The position numbers and the translations under genes were made by a program. The notes beneath the pieces were generated by a model that searched no databases, was not told where the DNA came from, and worked only from the letters and a program-made list of their open reading frames with translations. Source: Squalus acanthias (taxonomy: Eukaryota). From it: 64,000 nt of DNA. The stretch lies in NCBI GenBank assembly GCA_030390025.1, contig CM059431.1, forward strand, positions 144,276,001 through 144,340,000, given 5' to 3'. This document shows positions 48,010 to 61,924 of the stretch, one piece after another; position 1 is the first letter of the stretch, and each line of letters begins with the position of its first letter.

Positions 48010-50390
48010 AAATTATGAGGGTCCTAGATAAATTAAATAGGAAGGGCCTATTTCATTTAGCAGGGAGGTCAATATCCAGAAGGCATCAATTGAAAGTAAT
48101 TGGTAGAATGATTAGAGGGGAGATGACGATAATCTTTTTCACCCCGACGGGGTCTGGAACTCACAGCCTGAAAGGACGGGAGAGGCAGAGACACTCATCA
48201 CATTTAAAAAGTACTTGGAAGTGGACTTGAAGTGCCGTAGCCTACAAGGCTACGGGCCAAAAGCTGGAAGGTGGGGTTAGGTAGTCTGGCACTTTCTCGG
48301 CCGGCACAGACACGATGGGTCGAAAGACCTCATTCTTTGCCATAAGTTTCTATATTCTATTATTCTATTCAAACTTTCGAGCCTGCTCCGACATTCAATA
48401 AAGTCATGGTTGATCTTCTACCTCAACTCCACCAGAATTCCCAAATCTCTTGGTTCCCTGAGTATCCAAAAACCTCTCTCAGCCTTGAATATAGTCAACA
48501 AAAGAGCATCCACAGTCCTCTGTGGTAGCGAACTCCAAAGATTCACAACCCTTTGAGTGAAGAAATCTCTCCTCCTCTCAGTCCGAAATGGCTGATCATT
48601 TATTCTAAGATTGCGACACCTAGTTATAGAGTCTCCAGCCAGGGGAAACAAACCCCTGCATGTACCGTCCCCTCATCCCAGGAATCAGTCTAGGGAACCT
48701 ATGTTGCACCCCATCCAAGGCTAGTGTATCCTTCCTTAGGTAAGGAAAGAAAGACTTGCATTTTTTTAACGTCAATTCACGTCCACCGGACGCCTCAAAT
48801 TGCTTTACAGTCAGTGAAGAATTTTGAAATGGAGTCACTGTTGTAATGTGGAAAACTCAGCAAGCTCCCACAACAGCAATTATCTGTGTTTGTAATGGTA
48901 GTACACCGGGGATGACTCCCTTACACTTTTTCGAAATAGTCCACCTGACAGGGCAGACGGGATCGCGGTTTAACGTCTCATCCGAAAGACGGCACTATCA
49001 GACAGTACAGCACTCCACTGGAGTGTCAGCCTAGCTTTATGTGCTCAAGTCCCTGGAGTGGGACTATGAACCCACAACCTTCATGACTCAAAGGCGAGTG
49101 TGATACCAACTGTGCCACAGCTGACACTGATCAAAATTGTACACAGTACTCAAGGTGTGGTCTCGCCAAGGTCCTATACAATTGCAGTAAGTCTTCTCTA
49201 ATCTTTTAGTCCAATCCTTTTGTAATGAAAGCTAACAAACCATTTGCTTTCCTAATTGTTTGCTGCATCTTCATGTTAACTTTCCGTGATTTGTGTACAA
49301 GAGCACCCAGGTCCCTCTGAATAACAACATTTCCCAATCTCCCACCATTTAAAAATATTCTGCTTTTCTATTGTTCCTACAAAAGCGGATAACTTCAGAT
49401 TTTCCACAGTGGATTCCATCTGCCATGCTCTTGTCCACTCACTTAACCTGTCGATATCCATTTGCAGCCTCTTTGCATCTTCCTCACAACTTACTTTCCC
49501 ACCTAGCTTTGTTTCATCAGCAACCTTGGTTACATTACACTCGTCCCCTCATCTAATCCATAGATATAGATTGTAAACAGCTGTGGCCAAGCATTGATCC
49601 TTGCGGCACCCCACAAGTTGCAGCCTGCCAATCTGACAATTACCTGGTTAATTCCTACTCTCTGTTTTCTGTCGGTTAAACAATCCTCTATCCATGTCAA
49701 TATATTACCCCAAACCCATGAGCCCTTGTCTTGCATTGCAAACCTTTATGTGGCAACTTATCGAATGCTCTTTGGAAATCCAAATTTACTACATCCACTG
49801 TTATCCCCTTAACTACTTTGTTAGTTACAACCTCAAAAAACTCTCTTAGATTTATCAAATACGGCTTGACATTCATAAATCCGTGTTCACTATGCCCAAT
49901 CATATTATGACTTTCTAAGTGCCCTGTTACCGAGTCCCAAATAATAAATTATTTGATTAGCATTTTCACTACTACTGTTGTCAGGCTAGCTGGCCTGTCG
50001 TGACCCATTTTCTCTCTTGCTCCTTTCTTGAATATCGGAGTTACTTTTGACACATTCCAATTGGTGGGGACCGTTATTGAAACTAGGAAATTCTGGAAGA
50101 CCAAAACCAATGCATCCAGTATCTCTCTGGCCACCTCTTTTAAAACGCTAGGTTGTAGGCCACAATGTCCAAGGGATTTGTCGGCTTTTAGTCCCATTAA
50201 TTTAACCACTTTATTTATTTATTAATTATAATTTCTTTAACTTTCTCATTCCCTCTAGCCCCGCGGTTCCCCACTATTTCCAGAATATTTTTTATGTCTT
50301 CTTCCATGAGGACAGATAGAAAGTATTTGTTCAATGTCTCTGCCATTTCCATATTACCCATTATAATTTCTCCTGTCCCTGTCGGTAATG
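48010..50390. mobile_element. Tail-to-tail CR1 fragments (+ 48010-48370; - 48370-50390), the latter containing a Deu-SINE at 48750-49127
   Basis: FFTQRVVNLWSSLP, LDFQRAFDKLPH, KADKSLG...VTPIFKKG. Confidence 0.85.
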
Positions 50391-50787
50391 GTCTTTAATG
50401 GGACCTTGGGAGGCCGCCAAGCGAAGGTCAGTAAAACAGTTTTTGATTTGCCTTAATGTGGAGTCAGATGGTGCAGGATTGGGACTTGGGCTCACCCTCT
50501 TACCTTTGGCCTCCCTCCATTCCCCAAAGGCTGGGTCGCTGTCGGTGCAGCCGAATTTTTCTGTTTCTCGACCAACGAGCTACATCGGACAATTGCCGTC
50601 TGAAGCTCGCAGACTTTAATTGGAGAAAACAAGAATCCCAATTTTCAGTGAGCTTCGGCCCCACGTCTTTGAGCGTATGTTCAGCTTGGCCATCATTTCT
50701 GGCACTAGACTAATGTCTCCCCCAGAGTAGAGAATGTGTAACGAAAATCTGGCGGTACTAATGAAGGACGGTTGATCCACATTATCA

Positions 50788-51385
50788 TCAACAACATCCT
50801 GCCTATACATCGCGCCTTTAACGTAGTAAAAGGGTCCAAGGCGCTTCACAGGAGCGATTATCAAAAAAAAAATGATACCGAGTCACATAAGCAGATATTA
50901 GGACAGGTGACTAAAAGGTTGGTCAAAGAGGTAGATTTTAAGCAGCGCTTTAGTGGAGGAGAGGCAGAGCCTTACAGGTTTAGGGAGATGTTATCAGGGT
51001 TTAGGGCTTTTGCAGCTGAAGGGACGGCCGCAAATGGTGGAGTGATAAAAAAACGGGGTGCACATGAGGACAGAATTGTAGGAGCTAAATATCTCGGAGG
51101 GTTGTAGTGACTGGAGCAGATTACAGAGATGGAGAGGGCGTGGCTATGGAGGGATTTGTAAATATGATGAGCATTTTCAAATGGAGGCATTGCCAGACCG
51201 TGAGTCAATGTCGTTCAGTGTGTTCAGGGGGTGATGTGTGAACGGGAATTGGTGCGAGTTAGAATGCAGGCAGCCGAAGTTTGGATGAGCAGAAGTTTAC
51301 CGAGGGTCCAAGGTGGATGACCGGCCAGGAGAGCAGCGAAATAGTCCAGACTTGATGTAACAAAAGCATGGCTGAGTGTTTCAAC
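50788..51385 (-). mobile_element. L2-type LINE 3' portion
   Basis: CGCCTTTAACGTAGTAAAAGGGTCCAAGGCGCTTCACAGG..., matching 17890-18520. Confidence 0.75.
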
Positions 51386-52309
51386 ACCTGTTTTAGGCCC
51401 TTACATTTAGCTGGAAATCTCTCACACAGAAACAGAAATAGGTGCGTGCAAATGAATGATGCGTTGTGAGTCTGGAAATTACTGTTTGCGATATTAGCAC
51501 ATTAAATCGTAATATTTACAATAGAATCCCTCTGTACGGTTTTAATGGCGTTTTTGACATTTATATCATGAATGGCAGGCGAAGTTGCTTGAAATGATTG
51601 AGTAACTATTCCGATACCAATACTGTGCAGCTAAGCATCGGAAAGAAAGACCGGGCTAATCTGAACCTTATTTCAATGGAGAGGAAAATCGGGCGGAGTA
51701 TAAAACGAAAGGTAACCCAGAACCTGCCCTTTTCTCGCATAACCGGTTTGGTTAAATTACCCCTCCTGGCGTGTTATCAAATACTTTGATAAAGAACGCC
51801 AGTACCATGTTGCTCCTTGTGAATAACTTTGTTGACTCGCTGGTAGTTTCCTCCCAAATTACCCAGCACCGTTCCATTTCCACATCCGGCCTGAAGACCC
51901 CAATCGTTGCCCTGCAGATTCCTGTGTCTCTGTGAGCTGGAGGTCACCGCATGTGATCTTAGAGGAAGAATGCAATCTGTGACATTCCTCTTCTTTAGAG
52001 AGGTGTTCACCAATTTAAAAAGGAAATAACATTTTCCAATCAGGCGTCTGCTGACTGCAAGGCATCTCCCCAGGCTTTCAGTCTAGAACCGGAAATCCGC
52101 GCCAGTTCCTCATAGTCCGGTACAAACACGTGATATTGGATATAGTGATATGGGCACAACGCGTGCAGCAGCTGACCTCTGCATTTCCTATTCCATAGGG
52201 CAGCCCATTTAGGCAGCTAATTGCTGAGACGCACAATGTAGGAATGTCCCAGGTTCTAGACTGGCGTAGAAATAGTTGGGAGTATGAACGGGAAAATGAT
52301 TACCGCTCT

Positions 52310-52510
52310 TGGAGGCAATTTTAACCTAACCTGGCAGTCGCGAATCTGATGGAATCGGGTGAACGCGGGATTTGCTCGCCGCCTGATTTTATTCTCATTG
52401 AATTCAACGGAGAGTAATATAGAGGGGACGGGGGTGGGGAGGATGTAAAACTGGCTTTCCACCCATTACTGTCAGATTCCTGCCCGGCCTGTTATGTTAA
52501 AATTACCCCA
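52310..52510. mobile_element. Short palindromic MITE-like element
   Basis: Ends GGCAATTTTAACCTAAC / GTTATGTTAAAATTACCCC and a central CTCATTGAATTCAACGGAGAG. Relatives lie near 26612-26780, 50570-50780 and 60800-60950. Confidence 0.55.
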
Positions 52511-52767
52511 GTGCGAGGGGTGTGTGTGTGCGTGGGGGGGAGGGGGGGGGGGGTGGGGTGAGCCCAGGTCCAGGTATGAGTGAACACTCACCGGGCAGGC
52601 TGAGAAATGTCGAGTTGACACCCACCTGATTGCCTGACTGATCGCCGCCACCAACAAGTAATGAAGCTCATCAGAGGTGAAAGGTGAGGCGCGTGGTTTT
52701 GCAGGAGGTGTAGGAAGAAAATAAGATCGCCTTAAATCAAGAAAGTAATAGCGCCGTTGATAGTTTA

Positions 52768-53076
52768 TTTCGCAGAATCCCCACAGTGCAGATAGAGGCC
52801 ATTTTGGCCCATCGAGCCTGCACCGACACATATCCCACCCTATCCCCGTAACCACACGTATTTAATTCCCCCTAACAGTAAGGGTCAATTTATCATAGCC
52901 AAATCAACCTAACCCGCACATCTTTGGACTGTAGGAGGAAACCGGAGCACATGGAGGAAACCCACGCAGACACGGGGAGAATGTGCAAACTCCACACAGA
53001 CAGTCACCCGGGGCCGGATTCGAACCCGGGTTCCTGGCGCTGTGAGGCAACAGTGCTAACCACTATGCCACCGTGT
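52768..53076 (-). mobile_element. V-SINE (HE1-like)
   Basis: Reverse complement of 46717-47003, including GGATTCGAACCC and GCAAACTCCACACA. Confidence 0.92.
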
Positions 53077-53344
53077 CTACCCTTTAAGAAACGCATTCAT
53101 TACTGCATCAGAGATCAAAAAGGTTGTTCACTACAGAAAGTCCAAAGAATCCGATCTGGTCACTGTTATATTCCAGCTTGATTTTTCCCACTATAAACCG
53201 ATGTGAAATGTGTCAAATTTCTCTTTATTCTGTTTATTTATGAGCTGGTATTTCTGGTAATACCTTTAGCTTCACACGTGTTGTTCGGTTCAAAACTGGA
53301 CTTAGACAGCACTGCAACAAGTAGTCTTCTTGCTGAATCAGTAA

Positions 53345-54150
53345 ATCACAGAATGATACGGCACAGAAAGAGTCCATTCGGCCCATCGTGCCTGTGCTGA
53401 CTCTCTGAAAGAGCGATCCAAATACACCCACTCTCTTGCTCTTTCCCCATAGCCCAGCAAAATTTTCCGTTATAATTTTATATCCACTTCCTTTTTGAAA
53501 GTTACTATTGAATCTGATTCCACCTCCATTTCAGGCAGTGTGTTCCAGATCACAACAACTCGCTGCGTAAATACATTTCTCCTTATCTCATCTCTCCTGT
53601 TGCACTTTTGCGAATTACATTAAATCTGAATCCTCTAGTTACTGACTTTTCGAAAAAATGGAATTAGCTTCTCCTAATTTACTCTATCACAGCGCCTCAT
53701 AATTTTGAACACCACTAATTAATCTCCTCTTATCCTTCCCTGCTCTAAGGAGAATAATCACAGCTCTCGACATAACTGAAACCCCTCCTCCCTGCTAAAA
53801 TTCTAGCAAATCTCCTCTGCACCATTCCAATGTCCTGATATCCTTCCTAAAGTTTGGTATCTAGAATTGGACACAATGTCCCAGTTGAGGTTTAATCAAT
53901 GATTTACAAAGATTTAGCATAACTTCCGTGCCTTTGTACGCTGTGCCTCTAATTACAAAGCAAATTATCCCGTATGCTAATTAAGAGCTTTTTTAGATTC
54001 TCCTGCCACTATCAAGGTTGTGTGCGCCTGAGCCCCCAGGTCTCTCGTTTCCAGCATTCCCTTTCAAAATTTACTGTTTTGTTCATAAAGATTCTCCTCA
54101 TTCTTCCTCCAAAAATGCATCATTTCGTACGTTAAAATTCCACTGTAAGG
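53345..54150 (-). mobile_element. CR1 3' fragment
   Basis: CACAGAATGATACGGCACAGAAAGAGTCCATTCGGCCCATCG...TTCTTCCTCCAAAAATGCATCATTTC. Confidence 0.8.
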
Positions 54151-54419
54151 TGTCCCATTGTACGACCTCCATTCTATAACGGTGGTGGCATCAGATTGTT
54201 GTAGGCTGGACCTCGGGGATTGTTGTTTCAGATGTGCTGTCCTGATCAGTAGACTCATTGGAAGGCTGATAAGGAAAGCGGAATTGTTGGGAAACAGTAA
54301 CTAAATAAACAAATCAATAAATATGCAAACAAACAAACAAACTGAGGTAAACGATGGTAATTTCCTCCACGTAATATGTGAAATTCCTCGATAAATAAGA
54401 ATTGCGGCATACGTTATAA

Positions 54420-55112
54420 TGTGCTAGAATTTACTGTCAAAATAATGGTGCTGCAAATTGCACTCTGTTATTTATTCACAAATGGGACAGCGACCTCGAG
54501 CCAGCACAGATGCGCAGTTCAACGCGAAAACCTGGAGTTACTGTCCGAGAAACACCGCTATTCGTCAAGCTGCTCGAAATTGGCATCTCGCTGTCTGGCT
54601 CCCCATTCAAATGTACTGAGCTGCGTGAATTTCCTACACTTGCCCGGTAGAGAGGGAATAATCTCGCCACAGAAAGCGAGGGATTGTCCATATCAGTCCA
54701 AGTCGCATTTCTAAAAGTCTGACCATTTTCAATTACTGAAAACAACCTTTCCAGCACTGATAATTAACTTTTACGAATGTGGAGTCTCATTCCTTCAGAT
54801 ATTAATTGTTGACAGAGATTATTTTTCAAATTAAAATTTAAAACGAATAGTTTATCTTTCTTTCTGTCTGTTTTTTCTCTCTCTGATAACAATTTTTATT
54901 TCCCTTTCTCTAATTCACTATCATACCTGATTTGAAAATGAATACGCTATTCAAACTTACACTTCCTGTTTCAGAATCTGCACCATTCAGAATTCAATCC
55001 TTCACTATGATTGGTGAAAGGGATACAGAATTGCTTGTTCTGTTCACACAGGTCCCAGATGCCCTGTAGAGGACGCCGCAACGTTTGGATCTGTTACTGC
55101 AACTTTAAGTAC
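54420..55112. mobile_element. Older MITE-like DNA element
   Basis: Ends TGTGCTAGAATTTAC / GCAACTTTAAGTACA are imperfect inverted termini. The interior is shared with 16085-17157. Confidence 0.55.
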
Positions 55113-55129
55113 AATAAGACGTAAGAATT

Positions 55130-57030
55130 AAACAGACATCTCCATCCTCAATGATGGTGAACCCCAGCACACGAGTGCAAAAGACATGTCTGAAGCGTTT
55201 GCAACAATCTTCAGCCAGAAGTGTTGAGTGGATTAAGCATATCGACCTCCTACTGAGTTCCCCACCATCACAGAAGCCAGTCTTCAGCCAATTCAATTCA
55301 CTCCACGTGATATCAAGAAACGACTGAGCGCACTGGTTACAGCAAAGGATTTGGGTCCCGACAGCATCCCGGCTTTCACGCTGAAGGCTGGGGCACCAGA
55401 ACGAGCCGCACCTCCAACCAAGCTGTTCCAGTACAGCTGCAACACTGGCATCTATCCGACAATGTGGAAAACTGCCCAGGTACTTCCTGTCCACAAACAG
55501 CAGGACAAATCCAATCCGACCAATTACAGCACAATCAGTCTGCTCTCAAGCATCAGCAAATTATTGGAAGGTGTCGTTAACAGTGCTATCAAACGGCACT
55601 TGTTAACCAATAACCTGCTCACCGATACTCAATTTGCGTTCCGCCAGGACCACTCAGCTACAGACCTCATTACAGCCTTGGTCCAAACATGGACAAAAGT
55701 ACTGAATTCCAGTGGTGAGGTTTGATTGACAAGCCCTTGACAACAAGGCTGCATTTGACCGAGTGTGGCATCAAGGAGATCAAGTAGAGTTAAAATCAAT
55801 GGGAATCAGGCGGCAAATCTCCACTGGCTGGAGTCATATCTAACACAAAGGAAGATGGTTGTAGTTGTTGGAGGTCAAACATCTCTGCCGCAGGACATCG
55901 CTGCAGGAGAATCTGAGGGCCGTGTCCTAGGCACAACCATCTCCAGCTGGTTCATCAATGACCTTCCCACCACCCTACGGTCAGAAGAGGGGAAGTTTGC
56001 TGATGATTGCATTGTGTTCAGTTCCATTCACAACTCCTCAGATAATGATGCGATCCATGCCCGCATGCAGCATGACCTGGACGACCTCCTGGAGGTTTTT
56101 GAGGATGTAGCTGGTAGAATAGTTACGGGAGAACCAGTGGATGTGGTGTATTTGGATTTTCAGAAGGACTTTAGTAAAGTCCCACGTAAGAGGTTAGTGT
56201 GCAAAATTAAAGCACATGGGAGTTTTTTGTATTCGTTTATGGGATCAGGGCGTCACTGGCAATGCCAGCATTTATTATCCATCCCTAGTTGCCATTGAGA
56301 AGGTGATGGTGAGCTGCCTTCTTGAACCGCTGCAGTCCGTGTGGTGATGGTACTCCCACAGTGCTGTTAGGTAGGGATTTCCAGGAATTTGACCAAGCGC
56401 CGATGAAGAATCGGGGATATTCTTCTAAGTCAGGATGGTATGTGTGACTTGCAGGTTAACTTGGAGGTGGTGGTGTTCCCATGCACCTGTTCCGCTTGTC
56501 CTTCTAGGTGGAAAAGGTCGCGGGTTTGGGAGGTGCTGCCGAAGAAGCCTTGGCGAGTTACTGCAGTGCATCTTGTAGATGGTACACACTGCAGCCACGG
56601 TACGCCGGTGGTGGAGGGAGTGAATGATTAATGTGGTGGATGGGGTGCCAATCAAGCGGGCTGCTTTGTCCTGGATGGTGTCGAGCTTCTTGATTGTTGT
56701 TGCAGCTGCACTCATCCGGGCAAGTGGAGAGTATTCCATCACACTCCTTACTTGTGCCCTGTGGATGGTGGAAAGCTTTGGGGAGTCTTTGACCTGCCAT
56801 TTATGAGGCTGGTCCAGTTAAGTTTCTGGTTAATGGTGACCCCCTGGATGTTGATAGTGGGGGATTCGGCGATGGTAATGCCATAGAATGTCAAGGGGAG
56901 GTGGTTAGACTCTCACTTGTTGGAGATAGTCATTGGCTAGCACTTCTATGGCGCGAATGTTACCTGCCACATATCAGCCCAAGCCTGAACACCGTCCAGG
57001 GCTTGTTGCATGCGGGCACGGACTGTTTCA
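55130..57030. mobile_element. Two convergent fragments of the second LINE family (+ RT N-part 55130-56082; - 3' part 56225-57030) with a short CR1 piece between
   Basis: GPDSIPA...DKSNPTNYSTISLLS...TQFAFRQDHS, GKFADD on +; MEYSPLA...LDTIQDKAARLI...HTILT on -. Confidence 0.85.
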
Positions 57031-57259
57031 ATGTGTTCTAGGGACCGAGCCAAGCAGTCAGGAGTTGATCAGATGATGTCGGGTTTTTTTTCAGGTCATT
57101 TTTTTCCAAATTTACGTTCAGGGAATCTGAAACTGAATACTCACCCCTCCACAGACGATTTTCACAGCCGAAACGTAATTATCTCATGACTACCATTTGC
57201 TAAATTGCTGTTTTTCATTTTTTTTAAAACGTCAAGACTTAATTTGACCAAAACTAGGA

Positions 57260-59870
57260 ACGATAAGTACAAGATTGTCACCAATAAATCCAATGGGGAA
57301 TTCAGGCGAAACTTATTTTACCAGAGAATTGTGACAATGTGGAACTCGATATCGCAAGGAGTGTTTGTGGCGAATAGCATTTAAGGGGAATCTAGATAAG
57401 TACATGAGAGAGAAAGGAATATAATGTTATGCTGATAGAGTTAGATGAAGCAAGACGTGAGGCGACTCTTGTGGAACATAAACACCGGCATAGACCGATT
57501 GGGCGGAATGGACTCTTTCTACGCTGTAAATTGAATGTAATTCTATGTATTGTGAACGATGAATATTGATAAATGCTACTGTGCAGATTGACATATTCCG
57601 TGCTCTCCAGAGGAGCCACAATGTAATTTCTGCTCTTTATTACATGTGAGCTTGGTTTTCCGGAGCGGTGGTGCAGGTGTACCCTGAGTACCTTGTCCCG
57701 CAGTGTCTGGCTTGCCCATTAGACGAGCTCGAAGTTATCCCTACTCGATGCTGTGTAGCTTCTAACTCCCCAACAGTAGTTATTGTACAAATTCTCTTGA
57801 GGTGGATTATAGCGCAAGTGACAGACGTCGACTCAAATAAAACTGCGAGCTGGGGGACTGAAGAGTAAAATAGTCTCAGTGCCTCCATCTTCTGGTAGGA
57901 TCTGTAAACGGACTTTTCGACACCCGTATCCATGAAGCTCTGTATAGTGAATTGCGTTTCGTGATATTTCCTACTCTGTTCAAATTTTCTTCTGTGTATT
58001 TGCCTTCCGACTTATGCAATCGAATGTGTGTAGATTGTCATCACGCAGTGATAAGAGAAATGGTGCATCATTTACTAATCGCAATTCGGGATGAGATTTA
58101 AACCAATTGACAAGAGACAGGGTGGAACATGATGAAACAATGTGCGAACAATTAAAGGGATAATTGGGCAGACAGGGGATGTTACAGTGCAAGAGAAAAA
58201 GAGAAATGACATCAGGCTTAGGAAAGTTTATTGGTGAATTTAATGCTGTAATAAATCAGATCAACAAACAATTTAGAGAACAACTGATGTGAAAAGCAAT
58301 CAATTGCATTATGTATTGCGTCTGCGCCTCAGAGCAGTGATGGTTAAAGCGAGATAGGACGGAGGAGTTCAATATTATGAGGGATTTTGCTAGAGTAAAC
58401 AAGGGGAAAATGTTTCCACTGGCAGGAGGGCCCGTAACCAGAGGACACAGGTGGTTAGCAATAGAATCAGAGGGGTGGCGACCAGAATTTTTTAAAAGCA
58501 GTGAGTTGTTGTGATCTGGAATGCATTGCCTGAAAGGATGTTGGAAGCATATTTCATAGTAACTTTAAAAAGGAATTGTATCTCTAATTAAAAAGGAAGA
58601 ATTGCCAGGCTCTGGGGAAAGAGCAGGAGAATGGGGCGAATTCTGAGCTCTTTCAGAGAGCCGGCATAGTCAGGATGGGCTGAATGGCCTCCTTCGGGGC
58701 TGTACCATTCCATGTGCTGAATCAGATTCACAAAGAGTTAACGTTGAATCTGCTTCCACCACCCTTTCGGGCAGTGCATTCCGGTTTCTAACAACTCGCT
58801 GCCTAAAGACAATTCTCCTCAACTGCTCTATGGATTTTTTGCAACTTTTCTTATGTCTCTGTATCTGGTTACTGATCCTCCTGCCACTGGGCATAAACAT
58901 TTAGGTAACTATTATTGTAGCGTTGCACGGCCATCAATACAGTGAAGATCAGGTAAATTGGCATTGATCGCAGAGGAAATGCGTGAACATCAACAACATC
59001 AATAAAAATTGCATTTATATGGATAATTTAACGTAGTAAAATGTCCCAAGGTGCTTCACATGAGCATTATCAAACAATGTATTGAAATGGAGACACGTAA
59101 GGAGATACTAGAACAGGTGATCAAAAGATTGGTCAAATAAGTAGGTTTTAAGGAGCGTCTTAAAGGAGGAGAGAGAGGTAGAGAGACGCAGGTTTAGGGA
59201 GGGAATTTCAGAGTTTCGGGCCTTGGCAGCTGAAGGCACGGCCACCAATGGTGGAGCGGTTAAAATCGGGGATGCACAAGAGGCCAGAAATGGTGGAGTG
59301 CAGATATCTCGGGGCTCGTTGGGCTGAAGGAAATTACAGATATATGGAGGAGCGAGGCCACGGAGGGATTTGAAAACATTGATTAGAATTTCAAAATCGA
59401 ATTGTACCAGGCACCAATATAGGTCAGCGAGCACACGGGAGATGGTAAAACGGGAGCGAGTTAGGACACGGGCAACAGAGGTTTAGATGCGCTGAAGTTT
59501 ACATCGGGTGGCAATAGAAGGCCAGCCAGCAGGACATTGGAATAGTCGAGCATGGATTAAAGGGATAATTGTCTAGACTGGGAATGCTTCCTCAGGTGGA
59601 CGTAAAAGATCCCGTGGCACTATTTCGAAGAAGAGCAGGGGAGTTATCCCCGGTGTCCTGGCAAATATTTATCTCTCAACCAACATAACAAAACAGGTTT
59701 TCTGGTCATAATCACCTTGCTGTTTGTGGGAGCTTGCTGTGCGCAAATTGGAGGCCGCGCTTCCAATATTGAAACTGTGTCTGCACTTCAAAAATACTTC
59801 ATTGACTGTAAAGCGCTTTGAGAGGTCCTGCGGTCGTGAAAGGCGCTATATAAATGCAAGTCTCTCTTTT
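57260..59870. mobile_element. Cluster of short CR1 3' ends (57260-57545, 58350-58900), an L2 3' portion (58995-59550) and a Deu-SINE fragment (59590-59870)
   Basis: Same signatures as the other copies in the window. 57550-58340 appears unique. Confidence 0.7.
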
Positions 59871-60276
59871 TTTCAGCCAGAAGGGCATTGGAATAGTCAA
59901 TGGATATCTGGATTAAAGGAATAATTGGCTAGACTGGGGATGTTATAGAACAAAAGGGAGACTCCCTGGTTTCAATAAAAGAACGGATAGCAGATATGCA
60001 TGGCTCACGGGAGCGGGCTTTAACACTGAGTTATCAGCGCAGTTGAATGTCATCTGCTAATCAATGAGGTTACTTCACTGTATCAAAAGCCAAATACTGC
60101 GATTCTGCAAATCTGAAATACAAACAGAAATATCTGGAAAATACTCAGCAGGTCAGTAAGCCTCTGTGGAGAGAGAAACAGAGATAACCTTTCAGATCGA
60201 AGACCTCTCGTCAGAACCGGTACAAGCTTTGAGCACATTCGTTGCAGCCTTATTTTCCTGGATCACCTTTAGTGAT

Positions 60277-61623
60277 TCACGGATGCGGAGAACTTCCAGC
60301 TTTGTTTTCCTTGTTCAACCAGAAGCTGATGACACCGATGTTCCAGACAGAGAGAAACAGTTGCAGGACAAGGAAAAAGAGTATCAGCCAATGGAAGGCG
60401 GTCAAGTAATCCTGTAAGGGAGGAGAAACAGGGCCCTGAATGAGCTGAATATATTCCAATGGGATGCACATTGCTCCCGCAGACAACAGCTTGTTTCAAA
60501 TGAACTTGGTGAACATCACCACTGAGAGACAGGGCAGAATTGGTGCCTTCATTGGGATACAACAGTGGGCGGAGGGGGAGGGGGAGTGGATTTTTACTTC
60601 TGGCGATGGTTTGCAGCTGACGATATCGGATCGGCCACCATTTATACTTCAATACGGAGTTGCCTTTCCGTTGATTTCAATTAAGGCAAACTCAGGCGAT
60701 GCTTTTTAGGTAGAGCATTCCTCAGCCATTGGGCATCACTTTCCCATCGTTTCTCCGTGCGCTGGTCCTTTTCACCAGCCTGCATTGTTCATTCCGATTG
60801 GGGTAAATGTTGAGATTTTGCGACGGTATAAAACTAGTGATAGCGAGTGAGCCGAACGATTTACATCTCTCCGTGACTTCAATAGAATTCAAAATCGGGA
60901 GAGATGTAAAGCCGGCTGCCGACTCGCTAACACCCGTTGAATACTATCGCACAAAAACAACAACTTGAATTTATATTGCGCCTTTAACGTAGTCAAATTT
61001 CCCAAGGTTCTTCAAAGACACGCAAATAAGACAAATTTGGGCACCGAGCTATTAAAGGAGATATTAGAATATGTGATCAACAGCTTGGTCAACGAGGTGA
61101 GGAAAGATGGAGAGGCGGAGAGGTTTGTGTGTGTGTGGGGGGGGGGGGGGGCGGGGGGGCGGGTAGGAGGGACCCAGGGCATAGGCGGCTGAAGGCACGG
61201 CGGCCAATGGTGGGTAAGAGTGGGGAATGGACAAGCGCCAAAGTTGGAAGAGCTGAGATCTCATGAGGGTTGTAAGGCTGCAGGAGGTTACAGAAATAGG
61301 GAGGGGCGAGGCCTTGGAGGGATTTGAGCACGAGGATGAGAATTTTTAATTCAAAGCGTTGGTGTACGGGGAGCCAAAAACTGCCACCAATTAATACGAG
61401 GAAGATATCAACCTTTCATATCTAAAGAAGTGACTCAGTCAAATGATTTAAATTATTTCCAATTGATCCACAATTACCACTTTGAGTAAATTCATTCAAT
61501 GGGGAAACATAATTTTCTCACCTTACACTCCGTTAGTTGGTCAAGTCCATTCCAGATTGATAATCCCAATGATGTTAGAGCCAGTACCAAGCCAACTATG
61601 TTCGAGCCAAGTACAATATTCAA
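60277..61623 (-). CDS. Probable 3' exons of an MS4A/CD20-like four-transmembrane protein (61623-61522 and 60411-60277); possible upstream exons 61790-61699 and 63818-63735
   Basis: ctcgttttcag|LNIVLGSNIVGLVLALTSLGLSIWNGLDQLTECK|GTGAGA joins in phase 0 to gtttctcctcccttacag|DYLTAFHWLILFFLVLQLFLSVWNIGVISFWLNKENKAGSSPHP*. These resemble the MS4A TM3 (LGxNIVS) and TM4 (LLxFxVLE) exons. Confidence 0.55.
60955..61380 (-). mobile_element. L2-type LINE 3' portion (intronic)
   Basis: AACAACAACTTGAATTTATATTGCGCCTTTAACGTAG tail; ORF LKSLQGLAPPYFCNLLQPY. Confidence 0.78.
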
Positions 61624-61924
61624 CTGAAAACGAGATGGTTAATCACTGGTCAGTGTTTCTACAATTAGTTCGCAGTGCAACGGCCACCAGAGCCTTACAT
61701 AAACAAACTTCTCTTGGTAACAGTAACATCTAGATGTGAGAAATTCTCCACAGAGTTGACCCAGTAGGTTGGATATCGAAACAATTATCTCTGATACTTG
61801 AGGTCAAATTCAGCCCTTAGTGATAGCAAGTGATTGTGTTTAGGTACAGATCAGCCATGATCTAACTGAATGGTGGAACAGGCTGGTGGGTTTGAATAGC
61901 CTACTCCTGGGTCTTTACATAAAA

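Noticed and set aside
55130..57030. Twin-priming inversion of one LINE
   Set aside because: The tail lies in the middle and the overlapping segments differ in sequence, so these are two separate copies.
57820..57900. Fourth GPCR remnant (TILLFS...SFI resembling TM6)
   Set aside because: Only about 15 nt match copy 2, with no DRF, ADL or TM7 motif nearby.
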